The notes: a model not told the origin generated them from the letters alone. A DNA stretch of 64,000 nucleotides from Paraspadella gotoi (GCA_051294375.1 CM119269.1:6523552-6587551), one strand, 5' to 3'; positions 47,001-59,519 are shown, numbered from the stretch's first letter. Numbers and translations are program-made.

Positions 47001-50000
47001 TTATTTTTTATTTAAAAATTAAGATATAGCTTCTCATTAAAAAGTTCCTTTGAGTTCCCATTTTATTATAGATTTAAACTTTTTTTTTTTGAATTTCATC
47101 TTGCACTATTATATACTGCAATATGTAAATAGATTAAAAGCATTTCAATATACTAATTTGATATTATAATGAGTACTATAATCTCATTTGCATATTGCAG
47201 TAAATTCATATGAAGTGGAAATGAAACAAAAAACACTTAAGTCCAAATGTAATTAAGAAATATCAAAGCTATTTCAAAGATCTGGAAAGCCATATCTAAA
47301 TTTTTTAAGTTACTATGCATCGCACACTTTGTTAAAAACTTTATCATAATTCAAATATTTTATTTAAAAAAAAAAACGGTAAGTCACAGCCAAACCTATA
47401 CAAAGCGTACTGCTAGTTTTTATATGAAAAACAGCGTGACGCCGACGACGACGACGACACGACGACGACGGTCATGGCTCGATAACAATGTTTACATAGA
47501 ATATCTTGAAAATATGTATAATATACATTGTAGCATAGTAACAAACAATCCTGGGGTGGTAGTTGAATTTATACTTCACCATTAGTTTGATACTTTTGTA
47601 CATGCTAATAATATTAGTAATATTAGTCATTATCGCTCTTTTCTATGATGAATTATTGTGTATATTGTATATAATCCTTTCTTTTAGTGACAGCTTGTTT
47701 GCTAAAGTATAAAAATTAGACATCGTGAATTTCCTTTCTTTTCGTTGTGGTTGCATATTTACCAATAAAGTCGTTGTAGAAAAACATTAAAAACGTCTTC
47801 CAGTATAAAAATTGAAAACAAGCTCAATTACTCAATGGCGCTAAATATTTTCTAGAATATGGGTTCCATAAGCTATGTAAATCATTTAGGATTTTAAAAG
47901 ATTTTGTTTCTTTACTAGAGATAAAAATCCTGAGCTGTTAAATAAGTATATAAAAATCTTGAAAGTATAGTGATCTCGCCAGACGTTACTATCAAAGAAA
48001 ATTAATTAAAAAATCCAGAAAAAAAAGAATGATGATGCGATAACGAATTATTAATGTAATAATGATTACTTGATGTAATAGTAATTTATTGATGATATAA
48101 TAGTAATTGTTTGATTGATATAATAGTAATTGATTGATTGATATAATAGTAATTGATTGATTGATGTAATAGTAATAGATTGATGTAATAATAATTTATT
48201 GATTAATGTAATACTAATTGATTGATCAATATAATAATAATTGATTAAAGTAATAGTAATTAATTGATTAAAGTAATAGTAATTGATGTAATAGTAATTT
48301 ATGGATATAATAGTAATTTATTGATGGAATGTTAACCAATTATTGATGCGATGATAACCAAATATTGATGCAATGATAACCAAATATTGATGCAATGATA
48401 ACCAAATATTGATACTATGCTAACCAAATATTGATGTGATGATAACCAATAATTGATGCGATAATAACCAAATGATTGATGCAATAAAAATCATTCATTG
48501 ATGCGATGATAGTCATTTATTAATGCGATGATAGGAAGTCATTAATGCAAAAATAGTCATTCATTGATGCGATGATAATCATTCATTGTTGCAATAAGTC
48601 ATTCATTGTAAATAAAATATGCATGTATAAATGAGAGAGAGAAAGAGAGAGAGAGAAAAAAAAAGATAGCAGGACAGCCGCTGCAGAGCTGAACTCGTTT
48701 TTAGACAAATCAGAAGAAGCAGAGACAGAAAAAAAGAGAGAGACAGAGTGACATATAATTAAAAGAGAGAGAGAGAGGGAGAATTTTTACAATTTGCGAT
48801 GGTAAAAAAAGCGTGACGACGACAACGCCGGTGACGACAACGGTCACAAAGAATCAGAGCCGTTCCTTAATCTCGCCCAAGTCTGGCTTTAGCCCAACTG
48901 CTTAAAAAAATTTAATATTTTTTTATAGAGATTTACGTTCAAAACTGACTGCCCAACTTTACAAACGAGCCTGCAAGAAATTACGTAAAAAAACACACGA
49001 TTCCGACAGCTTTGCTCAAGAGTTCATTAATGTTTTCATGTGGCATTTGATAAAGATTTTACTATCAAACAAGCCAGGGGAAATGGACTACACGTCTCCG
49101 GAGGATTTTCAAACCTAGTTTTTACTATAGAAATGAAAGGGAAATTTCACTTTTTGAGAGAAAAAACTAATATTTTTTGAAGGAACAAAGATAAAGGAAT
49201 AGTAATAGTACCAAAATGAAGCCATAATCATAAGTCAAAATTTTAATAAATTTTAAAACTAATGATACCCCATAAGAATAAATGAAAATTATATTCTTTT
49301 TAATGATTCTGAAAGAAAAAAGGCTAAATTGTACTATAGTAAAACTATAAAGTTTTTTGGATAAAGAAGATGTAAAATTTTTATAACTTAAATATTTGCT
49401 TGTCTGATTTTACAACATTAGAGAACAGGGCTGTTTTCTGAAAAGAGCCGGAAGACGTTCAACTTCTACACTTGATTATTATTTTTTAATAATAAAATAA
49501 GCGATTTTTTAAATTATTTAACTCTCACAGGCTTCACAAGACATTAGACTTTCATAATATCCCAATGTTAATGTAATTTATTATATTTTTTTACTAAGAA
49601 ATTATAAAAAATTCAAAGTTATGGATTTCTTTTGTTCGTTTAAGGAAAAAAAATTAACTAGCGGAATTATAAGTTTGTAAACGGCAGTCAAATTCGGCGA
49701 AAATCTTAATAGGCGAGAATGTTGAAAAAAGGGAGAGGAATTTCGGTTGTTTTTGGTCGATTTCTTCTAAACCCATTGGGCAATTTAGACGTAACTTAAT
49801 ATTTAAATTATTCCAGTCAGTCTCCATCCAAAAATATAGAAATATTATGAAAAAATGTTTGGTATCGAGTATCAGAATTAAGTTCTATTTTGACAGTTTT
49901 TGAATGGTCGGGCGACACTGAAAGCGTGACTAAAGGAATATGGGTTTATCGAAAACCCTTGACAATCACAACATCTAATGGAAAAGCAGCAGTACTGTTG

Positions 50001-51821
50001 ATGGACACTCAAGGAATGTACGATGACGACATTGGAAAAGATGCTAAGTTGTTTGCTTATTCCATTCTCATGTCTTCCATGCAAATATTTAATTTGAGCA
50101 AAAACATCACAGAGAGAGATTTGCAGTTTCTACACGTTGTTATCGATCACGCTCTCGAAATGGAAAGGCAAGAGAAGGGAGACAACAATTTGGACCCCAG
50201 CCAGAACACAAAACCATTTCAAAATCTGATGTTTTTGGTCAGAGACTGGCAAGGATTATTAAAACATGACCATGGAAGTGAAGGAGGCAAGGAATTTTTA
50301 TCTTCAGTTTTAAAGAAAAATAGCAAAAGTTCTAGTGTGGCTTTGGTCAGAAACCACATCAAAAATTGCTTTAATGTTAATTGCTTTTTGATGCCCTACC
50401 CTGGGGAAAATTTAGCCGAGAATTCTAAGACAGATGATATAAATCCAAAATTCAAGAAAATGCTCATAGAGTTTATTGAACAACTTTTTGCAAAACCAGA
50501 TGAGTTGATCAAATCCGTTAATGGCGAAAAAGTTACGGGTGAGAGTTTTTTTGAATACGCGCAAATTGTTAGTAGAATTGATGTAGAACCCATTGCCACG
50601 ACTATAGTCGAAGCTACTTCTGCAGTTTTTCTTAATAAAGTCTGCAACACGATTCAAGATGAATTCAGAAATGAAATGGACAAAATCTGTAAACAGGAAA
50701 ACAACTACAAAGAAGAATTAGAATTGAAAAAAGAGTGCACAAAAGCGCTTCACGATGCTTTAAGAAATTTTGAAGAAAAAGCGAGTAGAAGACAAGTTTC
50801 TGGTCATATTCTTCAAGAATACAGACACAAGTTGAAAATTTTTTTAGATGATTTAACGAAAAAAAAAACTACAGATTACTATTACTTAAAACATACCATA
50901 ATCGCTACCGCTGTAGAACAAGCTAAGGATATTTATGCAGCAAAACTTGATATTTTATTAAAAGGTCAATTTCAGACTGATTGCAATTTGAAACGCGATT
51001 ACCTCACTTATCTAAAAGAAGCGTTAGAAAAATATGACCAGCAAACAATTTTATGCCTTGGAAAGGAATCAATCAATGAAAGAAAGAAACTTGAGAGCGA
51101 AGTTATGATAAAATGGGACGAGATTAGTTCGACGTATCAAGAAAATTGGAAAACACGTTTCGAGAAAGGAAAGGAGATAGCAATTCAGAGACATCGCCAT
51201 GTTATACGAGAATACATTTGCTCGATGCCATCTTACAGTGATGAAATACTAACCAAATATTCCGAATTCGTGAAAGAAGGATTTAATGTTTTCGATACTT
51301 ACACCCTCTACAGCCATGGAGAAGAAGTAGATAAAAGCAAGGAGGAACTCAATCAAGAATTTGACAAAATATGGAATGAAAATCTTGAAGATTACGAAAA
51401 GGGATGGACGGAAAAAGCAGATGAAAACGTGGATGCCGCGTGGAAAGAATGCGAAGAACTTTTGAACAAAGAATTCAGGAGTACTGATAAGACATATTTT
51501 TGGGGTGAGGACAGAAAAAAAAAGTTCGCGGAAATGAAAATAAAATTATTGGAAGAGATCAGACACAAAGCAAAGTTTTTCGGTGAGAAAACTAAAGAAA
51601 TGTTGGCCGAAGCGGAGAAAAGGTTCGACGAAGAATCCAAGAAAGTCAATGAGGAACAAAATTGGATTTTTTACAAGAGAGCAGCAAAGGTCAGTGGGAT
51701 CGCGGCCGTTGGTGCATTCGGCGGGTGGAGTTTAGCTCCGGTCGCCATCGCTGCCGAATTATGTGGAGTGGCGATTTGTGCTGGAGCAACTGGAGGCAGC
51801 ATTCTGGGATATTTCGTTTGA
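41007..51821 (+). CDS. Atlastin/GBP-family (GB1/RHD3-type) large GTPase, 758 aa, two exons
   Basis: Exon 1 41007-41358 (T|GTAAGC, phase 1) joins exon 2 49897-51821 (ttttgacag|TT). Motifs: KDKPVILISIAGEVRRGKSFLLN (P-loop), FEWSGDTESVTKGIW (G2), VLLMDTQG (G3), FLVRDW (G4), CFLMPYPG and KSVNGEKVTG, followed by a long helical region and a hydrophobic Gly/Ala-rich C-terminus. Confidence 0.93.
41514..41695. mobile_element. 182-bp spacerless palindrome made of two inverted Penelope-type repeats carrying minimal hammerhead-like motifs
   Basis: Near-perfect hairpin centred at 41604/41605. The right half has CTGATGA-A-GGCTC-gaaatgt-GAGCT-GAAA-CATG-TC (41606-41640). Degenerate relatives lie at ~11515-11565(-) and ~32810-32920. 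Confidence 0.7.
41865..42115. repeat. ~20-22-bp minisatellite (gatgcgatgatagtcattcatt / gatgcgatgataaccaaatatt)n, part of a composite repeat also at ~45280-45495 and ~48035-48610
   Basis: Visible tandem units; the copies share flanking sequence and GA tracts. Confidence 0.85.
46640..46885. repeat. A-rich minisatellite (aaagacactaataaaaac/aaagacgctaaaa)n
   Basis: Visible degenerate tandem array. Confidence 0.85.
49686..49888 (+). repeat. Dispersed ~200-bp repeat; copies at ~54840-55041 and ~58583-58781
   Basis: Shared sequence cggcgaaaatc..aataggcgagaatgttgaaaaaaggga...gatttcttctaaaccc...gttctat. Confidence 0.85.
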
Positions 51822-52309
51822 AGTTTGAATTTGATGAACATATTATTTTGGAGTTTTTTGTTACAATTTTAATCAATACATTAATTAATTGAATTTGTTT
51901 GCAAGTACATTGTACATTTGAAACCCGCCGCTAAAAAAACTCACCATAGAAAAACGAAATTTATATAAGATATATAAAACAAGACACTTTTTTATGTATA
52001 AATTTTTTGATAATTGATTTTAATGTTTTGAAAAAAGATATATAAAAACAAGACACTTTTTTTATGTATAAATTTCTTGATAATTGATTTTGTTTTTATT
52101 TTTTAATAAGGGAAAAAAGATAAGGAGCAAATTTCAGATTCTCAATCAGAAAAAAAGATAAATTCATTATCTTGAAATCATGGCTCTGTTAAGCAATTAT
52201 AATCTCACTAATTTGTGCTAATCTGGGTATTACAAAAAAGCCCTGTAATAATTGATTCAGGAATATTAATTATAATTTTTTAAAAGTAATATAATTTGCT
52301 AATAACTAC

Positions 52310-52600
52310 GGTACGCGAAGCGTAGAGTGTCCTTTTTCCAGGGATCAAATAATTCTTCTATTTTTGCGTCTAATGAGCTGATATCTTAACATAAAATAGT
52401 CTCAACGTTGGTCTATTGCCCATTGGGTTAAAATTTAAATCGGAATATTCTAAACCACTTAAAAATAGGCTCAAAAAAAAAAAAATTTAAAGTTGCATAA
52501 CTTGATCATTTTATGTAGTACATTTTTAAAATTTTACATATACATACTCAAAAGGGTTTGTGAGATGTTGTCAGAATAAGAATAAAATTTGAACAGTTTT
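52310..52600. repeat. ~290-bp repeat with an inverted copy at ~55722-56030
   Basis: For example, gtgagatgttgtcagaat and aaaccacttaaaaat are reverse complements of attctgacaacatctc and atttttaagtggttt. Confidence 0.8.
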
Positions 52601-54396
52601 ATTAGCATTTGCTAAGGGAAATATTTTAGATGTGTCATTTTTTTAATGAGTCATAACTATTATANNNNNNNNNNGTGTACCATATAACTTTGACTGGGCT
52701 ACAGAATCGAGAAAAATATCTTAGTATTCAGTTTTTCGAGGGCTTTCAGACAAGGCTACTTTTTTTAAAAAATCGTCCTGAAAGTAGAAATCTACTATGA
52801 AATTAAATTCAATAGGGGCGGGGATTCAAAACTTTAGACTTGAAGCCTAAAGTAAAAAAATAAAATTAAAAAAAAGTTCGATTTTAATGCAAAATTATCA
52901 AAATTACAATATTACTATATAATGATAAAAATTTTTTTTAATCAATCTTAACTTTTTTGATGGATTCCGATAGAGCATAAAAAGTTATATAAAGTTATGT
53001 TTTCTTGGTCAAAATCAACAAAAAGTAATAAAATGATAATGATTACAAATAGTTTTTCATATTTTTCACCCACTTATAATCAAAGTAATATCGAAAAAAG
53101 AATTATACTTTGTGTAGACAACTTTTTGCCAAGCTACCTGAATCTGATCTTAAAAATAAAAAAATTCTCATAAAAAATTTTACCCTTTCCTATTATAAAT
53201 AGAGTATATAAAAATTAATATATGGAGTATGGAGTAATAATTAAAATTTTTTGTCTTGTTAAATTTTTATTTGTTACGAGATAGTCTCTCGGTTGTTTGA
53301 TGCCCTTTTTATATGAAGTTTGTATTTTGTTGCTTACGAAGTATCTGATTGATCAAGTATTTTAAAACGAACTCGCTCTCTGATTGGTTAGTCCTTATAG
53401 TTGCGCATTAACCAAAGATATAAAAGAGATGTGCTATACCTAAAACCTAAGAGGATAAGTTACCATGATTCGTGACAGTTGGTAAGCATTTAAAATGATA
53501 TTTTGTAATTTTATGGTTAAGACTTAAAGTTGACATATTTTAAATAAGTTCTTTTTTTTTTTGATGATTCTGTAGAAATAATCTCCCTTCTACTTGCTTC
53601 ACGTCTCACGCTCATGGTTATGTCTACTAACAAATAAATATTACCAAAGTTTACATTTCTTCGAATCCTCTATAAATAAATAGCAAGTCAGAAAACACTA
53701 AGCTCGCCTCACGCAGTTAAGCTGAGTAAAATCACTCAATAAGGTCTATTCAAATTTTTTTAAAAAATGTTTAAATTTTTGTTTGAACAGGTGCTTAATT
53801 CAAATTTCTTAACTACCTTACAGGGATAGGCTCCCCCTACTGAAAGTAAGACTAAAAGTAAAAGTAAAAAACATTAAGCGATGGATCGGGGAGAACGTTC
53901 TCCAAGCAATGTTGTACCTCTCACTGTTGAAGTGAAAGTAAACCGGAAGACATGATATCTATACATAAAAAATATATATGTTTTGTTTCTAAGTATCTTT
54001 TTTCAAAATTTGGTGAATTTTTCTAGCTGCGGGTTTCAAATGGTCACCATGTACTAATAATTTTTCTTATAGCGTTAGTGTTAGTGTTCTTGTTGCGCTG
54101 CAATCAAATGTGTATTCAATCCATATTGGTGTTGGTATTGTAAACTCACAAATTTAACTCTGCTTTTATTTGCTATATTTTCTTTTAAATAATAAGCACA
54201 ACTATAAAAACTGTTATTTAATACAAGTTGACAAAAGTGAGATATAGGCGAAAATCTTGCTTAAAAAAAATTCAACATTTTTCTAGATATTGTAGTTAAC
54301 CCTTCTTTTTGTTGTTAGTGTGTCCCCCTGTCCCCACTCAACAGGTCAGGCGGAGACCTCTCAGCAGGCAATGGACGTCCGATGCCACTCCCGAAC

Positions 54397-55318
54397 CTGC
54401 AGCAACTTGTTGCGACTCTCCTCGCATCGAGCGCCGCCTAAAACGACGGCTGTAGGAGGAGGGAGAGGAGTCTGTATCTCCTGTCCCGAAACAGGCCAGA
54501 ACTGGCAACTACCCGCCTCACCGTCAGGTGAGAGGACTCTCGGCAGGCTTATCAGGTCAGAGAGATATTCGCGTGGCGCTTGGATCCCTACCAGATCCTA
54601 GACTGTCTCACTCCACCACAATATCCTCTCAGCAAATTCACTAAACTATTTAAAAATTTTTATAACAAAATTAAAAAACTTTAATTAGGCATTTAAAAAA
54701 AATCCTGCCTTTATCGAATTTTAACTGCCTACCAACATTAAGTGTCCATGGGTATACTTTAAGATTTCTATAAGGTTTTCAGAGATGGCACTTTTTTTGT
54801 TTCTTTCACATCTCCTCCTGCACTACCAATGTAAGAGAAGTCAGAATCGGCGAAAATCTAAATAGGCGAGAATGTTGAAAAAAGGGAAAGGAATTTTGGT
54901 TGTTCTTGGTCGATTTCTTCTAAACCCAAGGGCCAATTTAGACGTAACTTAAGATTTACATTATTCCAGTCATTCTCAATCCAAAAATATAAAAATATTA
55001 TGAAAAAAGATTTGGGATCGACTATCGGAATTTGGTTCTATGAGAAAAAAAAAATCTTATAAAAAACTATTTAGAACTGCTGGGAAAAAAAAAGAATCAG
55101 TCAATTAGTAAGTTAACCACTCAAAAGAAATCACAACCGAAACTGAAACAACAGCAAAGAAAGCCAAACTAACCTGCACTACGGTGCGGTTGTCGGCTCC
55201 CGCGGCGCTGAGCATCATCTTGTTAGGGATGTGAAGGTCGAGCGTCGAGTCGTAGCAGAATTCGTACAAAACAGCGTAGATGGTGTCGTCGAAAAACTTC
55301 TTCATGTCCACGAAAAAA
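54397..55318 (-). CDS. Three upstream exons, most likely of the same coiled-coil gene as 15230-20398 (5'-partial)
   Basis: Exons 55318-55174, 54597-54522 and 54449-54397 with GT-AG introns (phases 0,1) encode FFVDMKKFFDDTIYAVLYEFCYDSTLDLHIPNK...DLVGIQAPREYLSDLISLPRVLSPDAVVLGGARCEESRNKLLQ. The last ends in phase 0, compatible with the phase-0 acceptor at 20398 (NKLLQ|TMKKLYDLNRRW). Confidence 0.75.
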
Positions 55319-57649
55319 CTTTTGAAGAAATTAAAAGTTGATTATTGATTTATGAATGAGCTTATAAATAGTTCTATTTGTTAGTTAAATTAATTCATAA
55401 ATTTATTCCCTACTCGGCTCATTCATTCATTCTTTCAATCTTTCGTTATTCGTAATCAAAATTTAATTTAATTGCTTTATTCATTGATGAAAAATTGAGA
55501 AAAAATGTACAATATCAGTCAAAATGTAGTAAATCTTGTTTTAAATCTAAAAAAAGAGCAGGAATGTATATTATCGGTTGTATTTTCAAATCGCGGTATT
55601 ATATCATAACAAACTATTTCAAACATTAATTATTAAGTCGATTTTTCTTCTTGACGTCGCCCTGAGGAAAAGCCCTCGACACCCGTAGCCACGCCCCGTT
55701 GCCCCACAGCGCTAAATTGCTATGAACTGTTCAAAATTTAATTCATGATTCTGACAACATCTCTCAAACCCTTTATGAGTGACTGTTAATGTAAAATTTT
55801 AAAAAATGTAGCAAAATAAAATGATCAAGTTATGCTAACTATTTAAAAATTTTTTTTTGGCCATATTTTTAAGTGGTTTAGAATTGTCCGCATTTAAAAT
55901 TTTAACCCATATGGGCAATAGACGCTACGTTAGTACTATTTTTATGTTTAAATATCAGCTTCATTGGACCGGAAAAATAGAAGAATATTTGATCCCCTGA
56001 AAAAGGAACAACTCTAACGCTTCGGGTACCTATACGTTTAAAAACGAGTAAGTAATTATGATGTGTACCATATAACTTTGACTGGGCTACAGAATCGAGA
56101 AAAAATCTTAGTATTCAGTTTTTGCGAGGGCTTTCAAGACAAGGCCTACTTTTTTTAAAAATATCCGTCTGAAAGTAGACACGTATATGCGATAATCAAT
56201 GGAGGTGTGGGCGTAGGATTCAAACTTTAGACGTTGCAAGCCTAACAGAAACTATAGATAAGGAAGAGAAAGAAAGAGCGATAATTTCTTGCATATCATA
56301 GAGTTACATATTACTATATAATATAAAAGATTTGTATATATCTTATATATTATGATTACGCGAAGCTATAAAAATGTGTTAATACAACGATGCTTGTTCG
56401 CCATTGGCGAGCCTTGAAAGACTATCAACCGTCAAAATCAAACAAAAAGTAATAAAATGATAATGATTACAAGAATAGTTTTTCATATTTTTCACCCCAC
56501 TTATAAATCAAAATAGTCGAAAAAAAGAATTATACTTTGCGTGTAGACAACTATTTTGGCCAAGCTACCTGAATCTGATCTTAAAATAAAAAAATTCTCA
56601 TAAAAAATTTTACCCTTTCCTATTTAATAATAGATATTAAAAATTAATATATGAGTGATGGAAGATATTAAAAATTTTTTGTCTTGTTAAAATTTTTATT
56701 TGTTACCGAGATAAGTCATCTCGGTTGTTTGATGCCCTTTTTATATTGAGAGTTGTATTTTTGTTGGCTTACGAAGTACTGATTGATCAAGTATTCTTAA
56801 AACGTCGCTTCATTGATTGTTAGTCCTTTATGATTGTACCTTAACCAAAGATATAAAAGAGAATGTGCTTACCTAAAACCTAAGAGGATAAGTTACCAAT
56901 GATTCGTGACAGTTCGTAAGCATTTAAAATGATATTTTGTAATTTATGGTTAAACTTAAAGTGACTATTTTTAGAAAAGTTCTTTTTTTTTTTTTGTATA
57001 TCTTTAGAATAATCTCCCTTGCTACTTGACTTCACGTCTCACGCTCATGTTATGTCTACTACGAATAAATATTAACCAAAATTTACATTTTCTTCGAATC
57101 TCTAATAAATAAATAGCAAGTCAGAAAACAACAGCTCGCTCCCGGCGTTACGGTAAAATCTCAATATGTCTATTCAAATTTTTTAAAAAAAATGTTTTAA
57201 AGATTTTGTTTGAACAGGTTGCTTAATTCAAATTTATCTTAACCTACCTTACAGGGATAGCGGCTCCCCATACTGAGAAAGTAAAGACTAAAAGTAAAAG
57301 TAAAAAACATTAAGCGATGGATCGGGGAGAAGCAGTTCCAAGCAATGTTGTACTCTCACTGTTGAAGTGAAGTAAACCGGAAGACAATGATATTCTATAC
57401 ATAAAAATATATATGCTTTTGGTTTCTAAGTATCTTTTTTTTCAAAATTTTGGTGAATTTTTCTAGCTGCGGGTTTCCAAGATGGTCACCATGTACTAAA
57501 ATTTTTCTAATGAGCGTTAGTAGTTAGTGTTCTTGTTGCGTCTGCAATCAAAATGTGTATTCAATCCATATTGGTGTTGGTAATTGTAAAATCACAAATT
57601 AAACGTCTGCTTTATTTGGCATATAAGTTTTCTTTTAAATAATAAGCAC

Positions 57650-57914
57650 TTATGGCAACAGCGGGTTGCCTTGATGCCCATTGGGGATGGGGGCATCTCA
57701 CTGTTGGCTTTGGGGGCTTCCGACCCCTCATGTGACGCCTCCATGTTCAGCTGCGCGGTTCCCTAGGAAGGTTCTTCGCTTTGCCAACACAGAGGGAAGT
57801 CGTTAGACTGTGGATGGAACACTAACCGCTTGGGAATGAGTGTGTTCCCCCTCCTGAAAGCCAATGGATTTGGCTGGAGGATGACGGACGTGAGCGGTGT
57901 GATATACCGCATAA
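57650..57914. mobile_element. 265-bp GC-rich insertion private to duplicate copy 2
   Basis: Absent from copy 1 (aataagcacaactat at ~54191-54205). It has termini TTATG...CATAA and is flanked by CAC on both sides. Confidence 0.75.
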
Positions 57915-58121
57915 CACAACTATAAAAAACTGTTATTTAATACAAGTTGCAAAGTGAGAGATATAAGGCGAAAATCTTGCTTAAAAAAAATTCAACATTT
58001 TTTCTAGTATTCGTAGTTATCCTTCTTTTGTTGTTAGTGTGTCCGCCTGTCCCCACTCAACAGGTCAGGCGGAGACCTCTGCAGCAGGCAATGGGACGTC
58101 GCCGAATGCCAACTCCCGAAC

Positions 58122-59064
58122 CTGCAAGCAACTTGTGGCGCACTCTCCTCGCATGCGGAGCGCGCGCCTAAAAAACGACGCGCTGTAGGTAGGAGGGAGA
58201 GGAGTCTGTAATCTCCTGTCCCGAAACAGGCCAGAACTTGGCAACTACCCCGCCTGCAACCGTCAGGTGAAGAGGACTCTCCGGCAGGCTTATCAGGTCA
58301 GAGAGATATTCGCGTGGCGCGTGGATCCCTACCAGATCCTAGACTGTCTCACTACCACCCACAATATCCTCTCAGCAAATTCACTAAACTATTTAAAAAT
58401 TTTTTATAACAAACGTAAAAAAACTTTAATTAGCATTTAAAAAAAATCCTGCCTTTATCGAATTTTACTGCCGCTACCACATTAAGTTGTCTCATGGGTA
58501 TACTTTAAAGATTTTATAGGTTTCAGAGATGGCACTTTTTTTGTTTCTTTCACATCCTCCCTGCACTACCATGTAAGAGGAAGTCAGAATCGGCGAAAAT
58601 CTAATTAGGCGAGAATGTTGAAAAAAAGGGAAAGGAATTTTGGTTGTTCTTGTTCGATTCTTCTAAACCCAAGGGCCAATTTAGACGTAACTTAAGATTT
58701 ACATTATTCCAGTCATTCTCATCCAAAAATATAAAATATTATGAAAAAAGATTTGGGATCGACTATCGGAATTAGTTCTATGAGAAAAAAAAAAAATCTT
58801 ATAAAAAACTATTTAGAACTGCTGGGAAAAAAAAAAAGAATCAGTCATTAGTAAGTTAACCACTCAAAAAGAAATCACAACCGAAACTGAAACGACAAGC
58901 AAAGAAAGCCAATAAACCTGCACTACGGGTGCGGTTGTCGGCTCCCGCGGCGCTGAGCATCATCTTGTAGGGATGTGAAGGTCGAGCGTCGAGTCGTAGC
59001 AGAATTCGTTACAAAACAGCGTAGATGGTGTCGTCGAAAAAATCTTCATGTCCACCGGAAAAAA
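58122..59064 (-). pseudogene. Indel-ridden second copy of exons 54397-55318
   Basis: Collinear with copy 1 but with many 1-bp insertions that break the frames; probably an unpolished allele. Confidence 0.7.
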
Positions 59065-59278
59065 CTTTGAAGAAATTAAAAGTTGATTATTGATTTATGA
59101 ATGAGCTTATAAATAGTTCTATTTGTTAGTTAAATTAATTCATAAATTTATTCCTACTCGCTCAATTCATTCATTCTTTCAATCTTTCGTTATTCGTAAT
59201 CAAAATTTAATTTAATTGCTTTATTCATTGATGAAAAATTGAGAAAAATGTACAATATCAGTCAAAATGTAGTAAAAT

Positions 59279-59519
59279 TGTGGCAGGATTTAATCAGACG
59301 AAGTTCAGATCAAGAATGGTTTATTCTTCAAAGAGTATTTACAAAAGTCAATAAAAGATGCTAATGTCTAAGCATAAAAGTACAAGAGAGAGAGAAACCC
59401 GTTCATAAGGTCAACGAGGTCACACGGTTAGTGAAAGAGAGTGAGAGAGAGAGGGAACAATGGAATTGTTTCTCGAGATTTTCGAAATGAGTGAAGGTTG
59501 CGTGTGGTTTACTGCCACA
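59279..59519 (-). repeat. 3' LTR of a Ty3/Gypsy element (241 bp)
   Basis: Inverted termini TGTGGCAG...CTGCCACA, AATAAA on the minus strand (~59320) and an adjacent polypurine tract GGTTAGGGGG. It starts exactly where copy 2 departs from copy 1. Confidence 0.9.

Larger units (their letters stand above)
52675..59278. repeat. ~3-kb tandem duplication (52675-55534 and 56063-59278), probably two haplotypes
   Basis: Both copies start gtgtaccatataactttgactgggctacag and end caaaatgtagtaaa. Copy 1 begins at a 10-N gap; copy 2 is indel-rich and has extra insertions. Confidence 0.9.

Noticed and set aside
50396-51892. Short ORFs overlapping GTPase exon 2
   Set aside because: Shadow frames of the real coding sequence.
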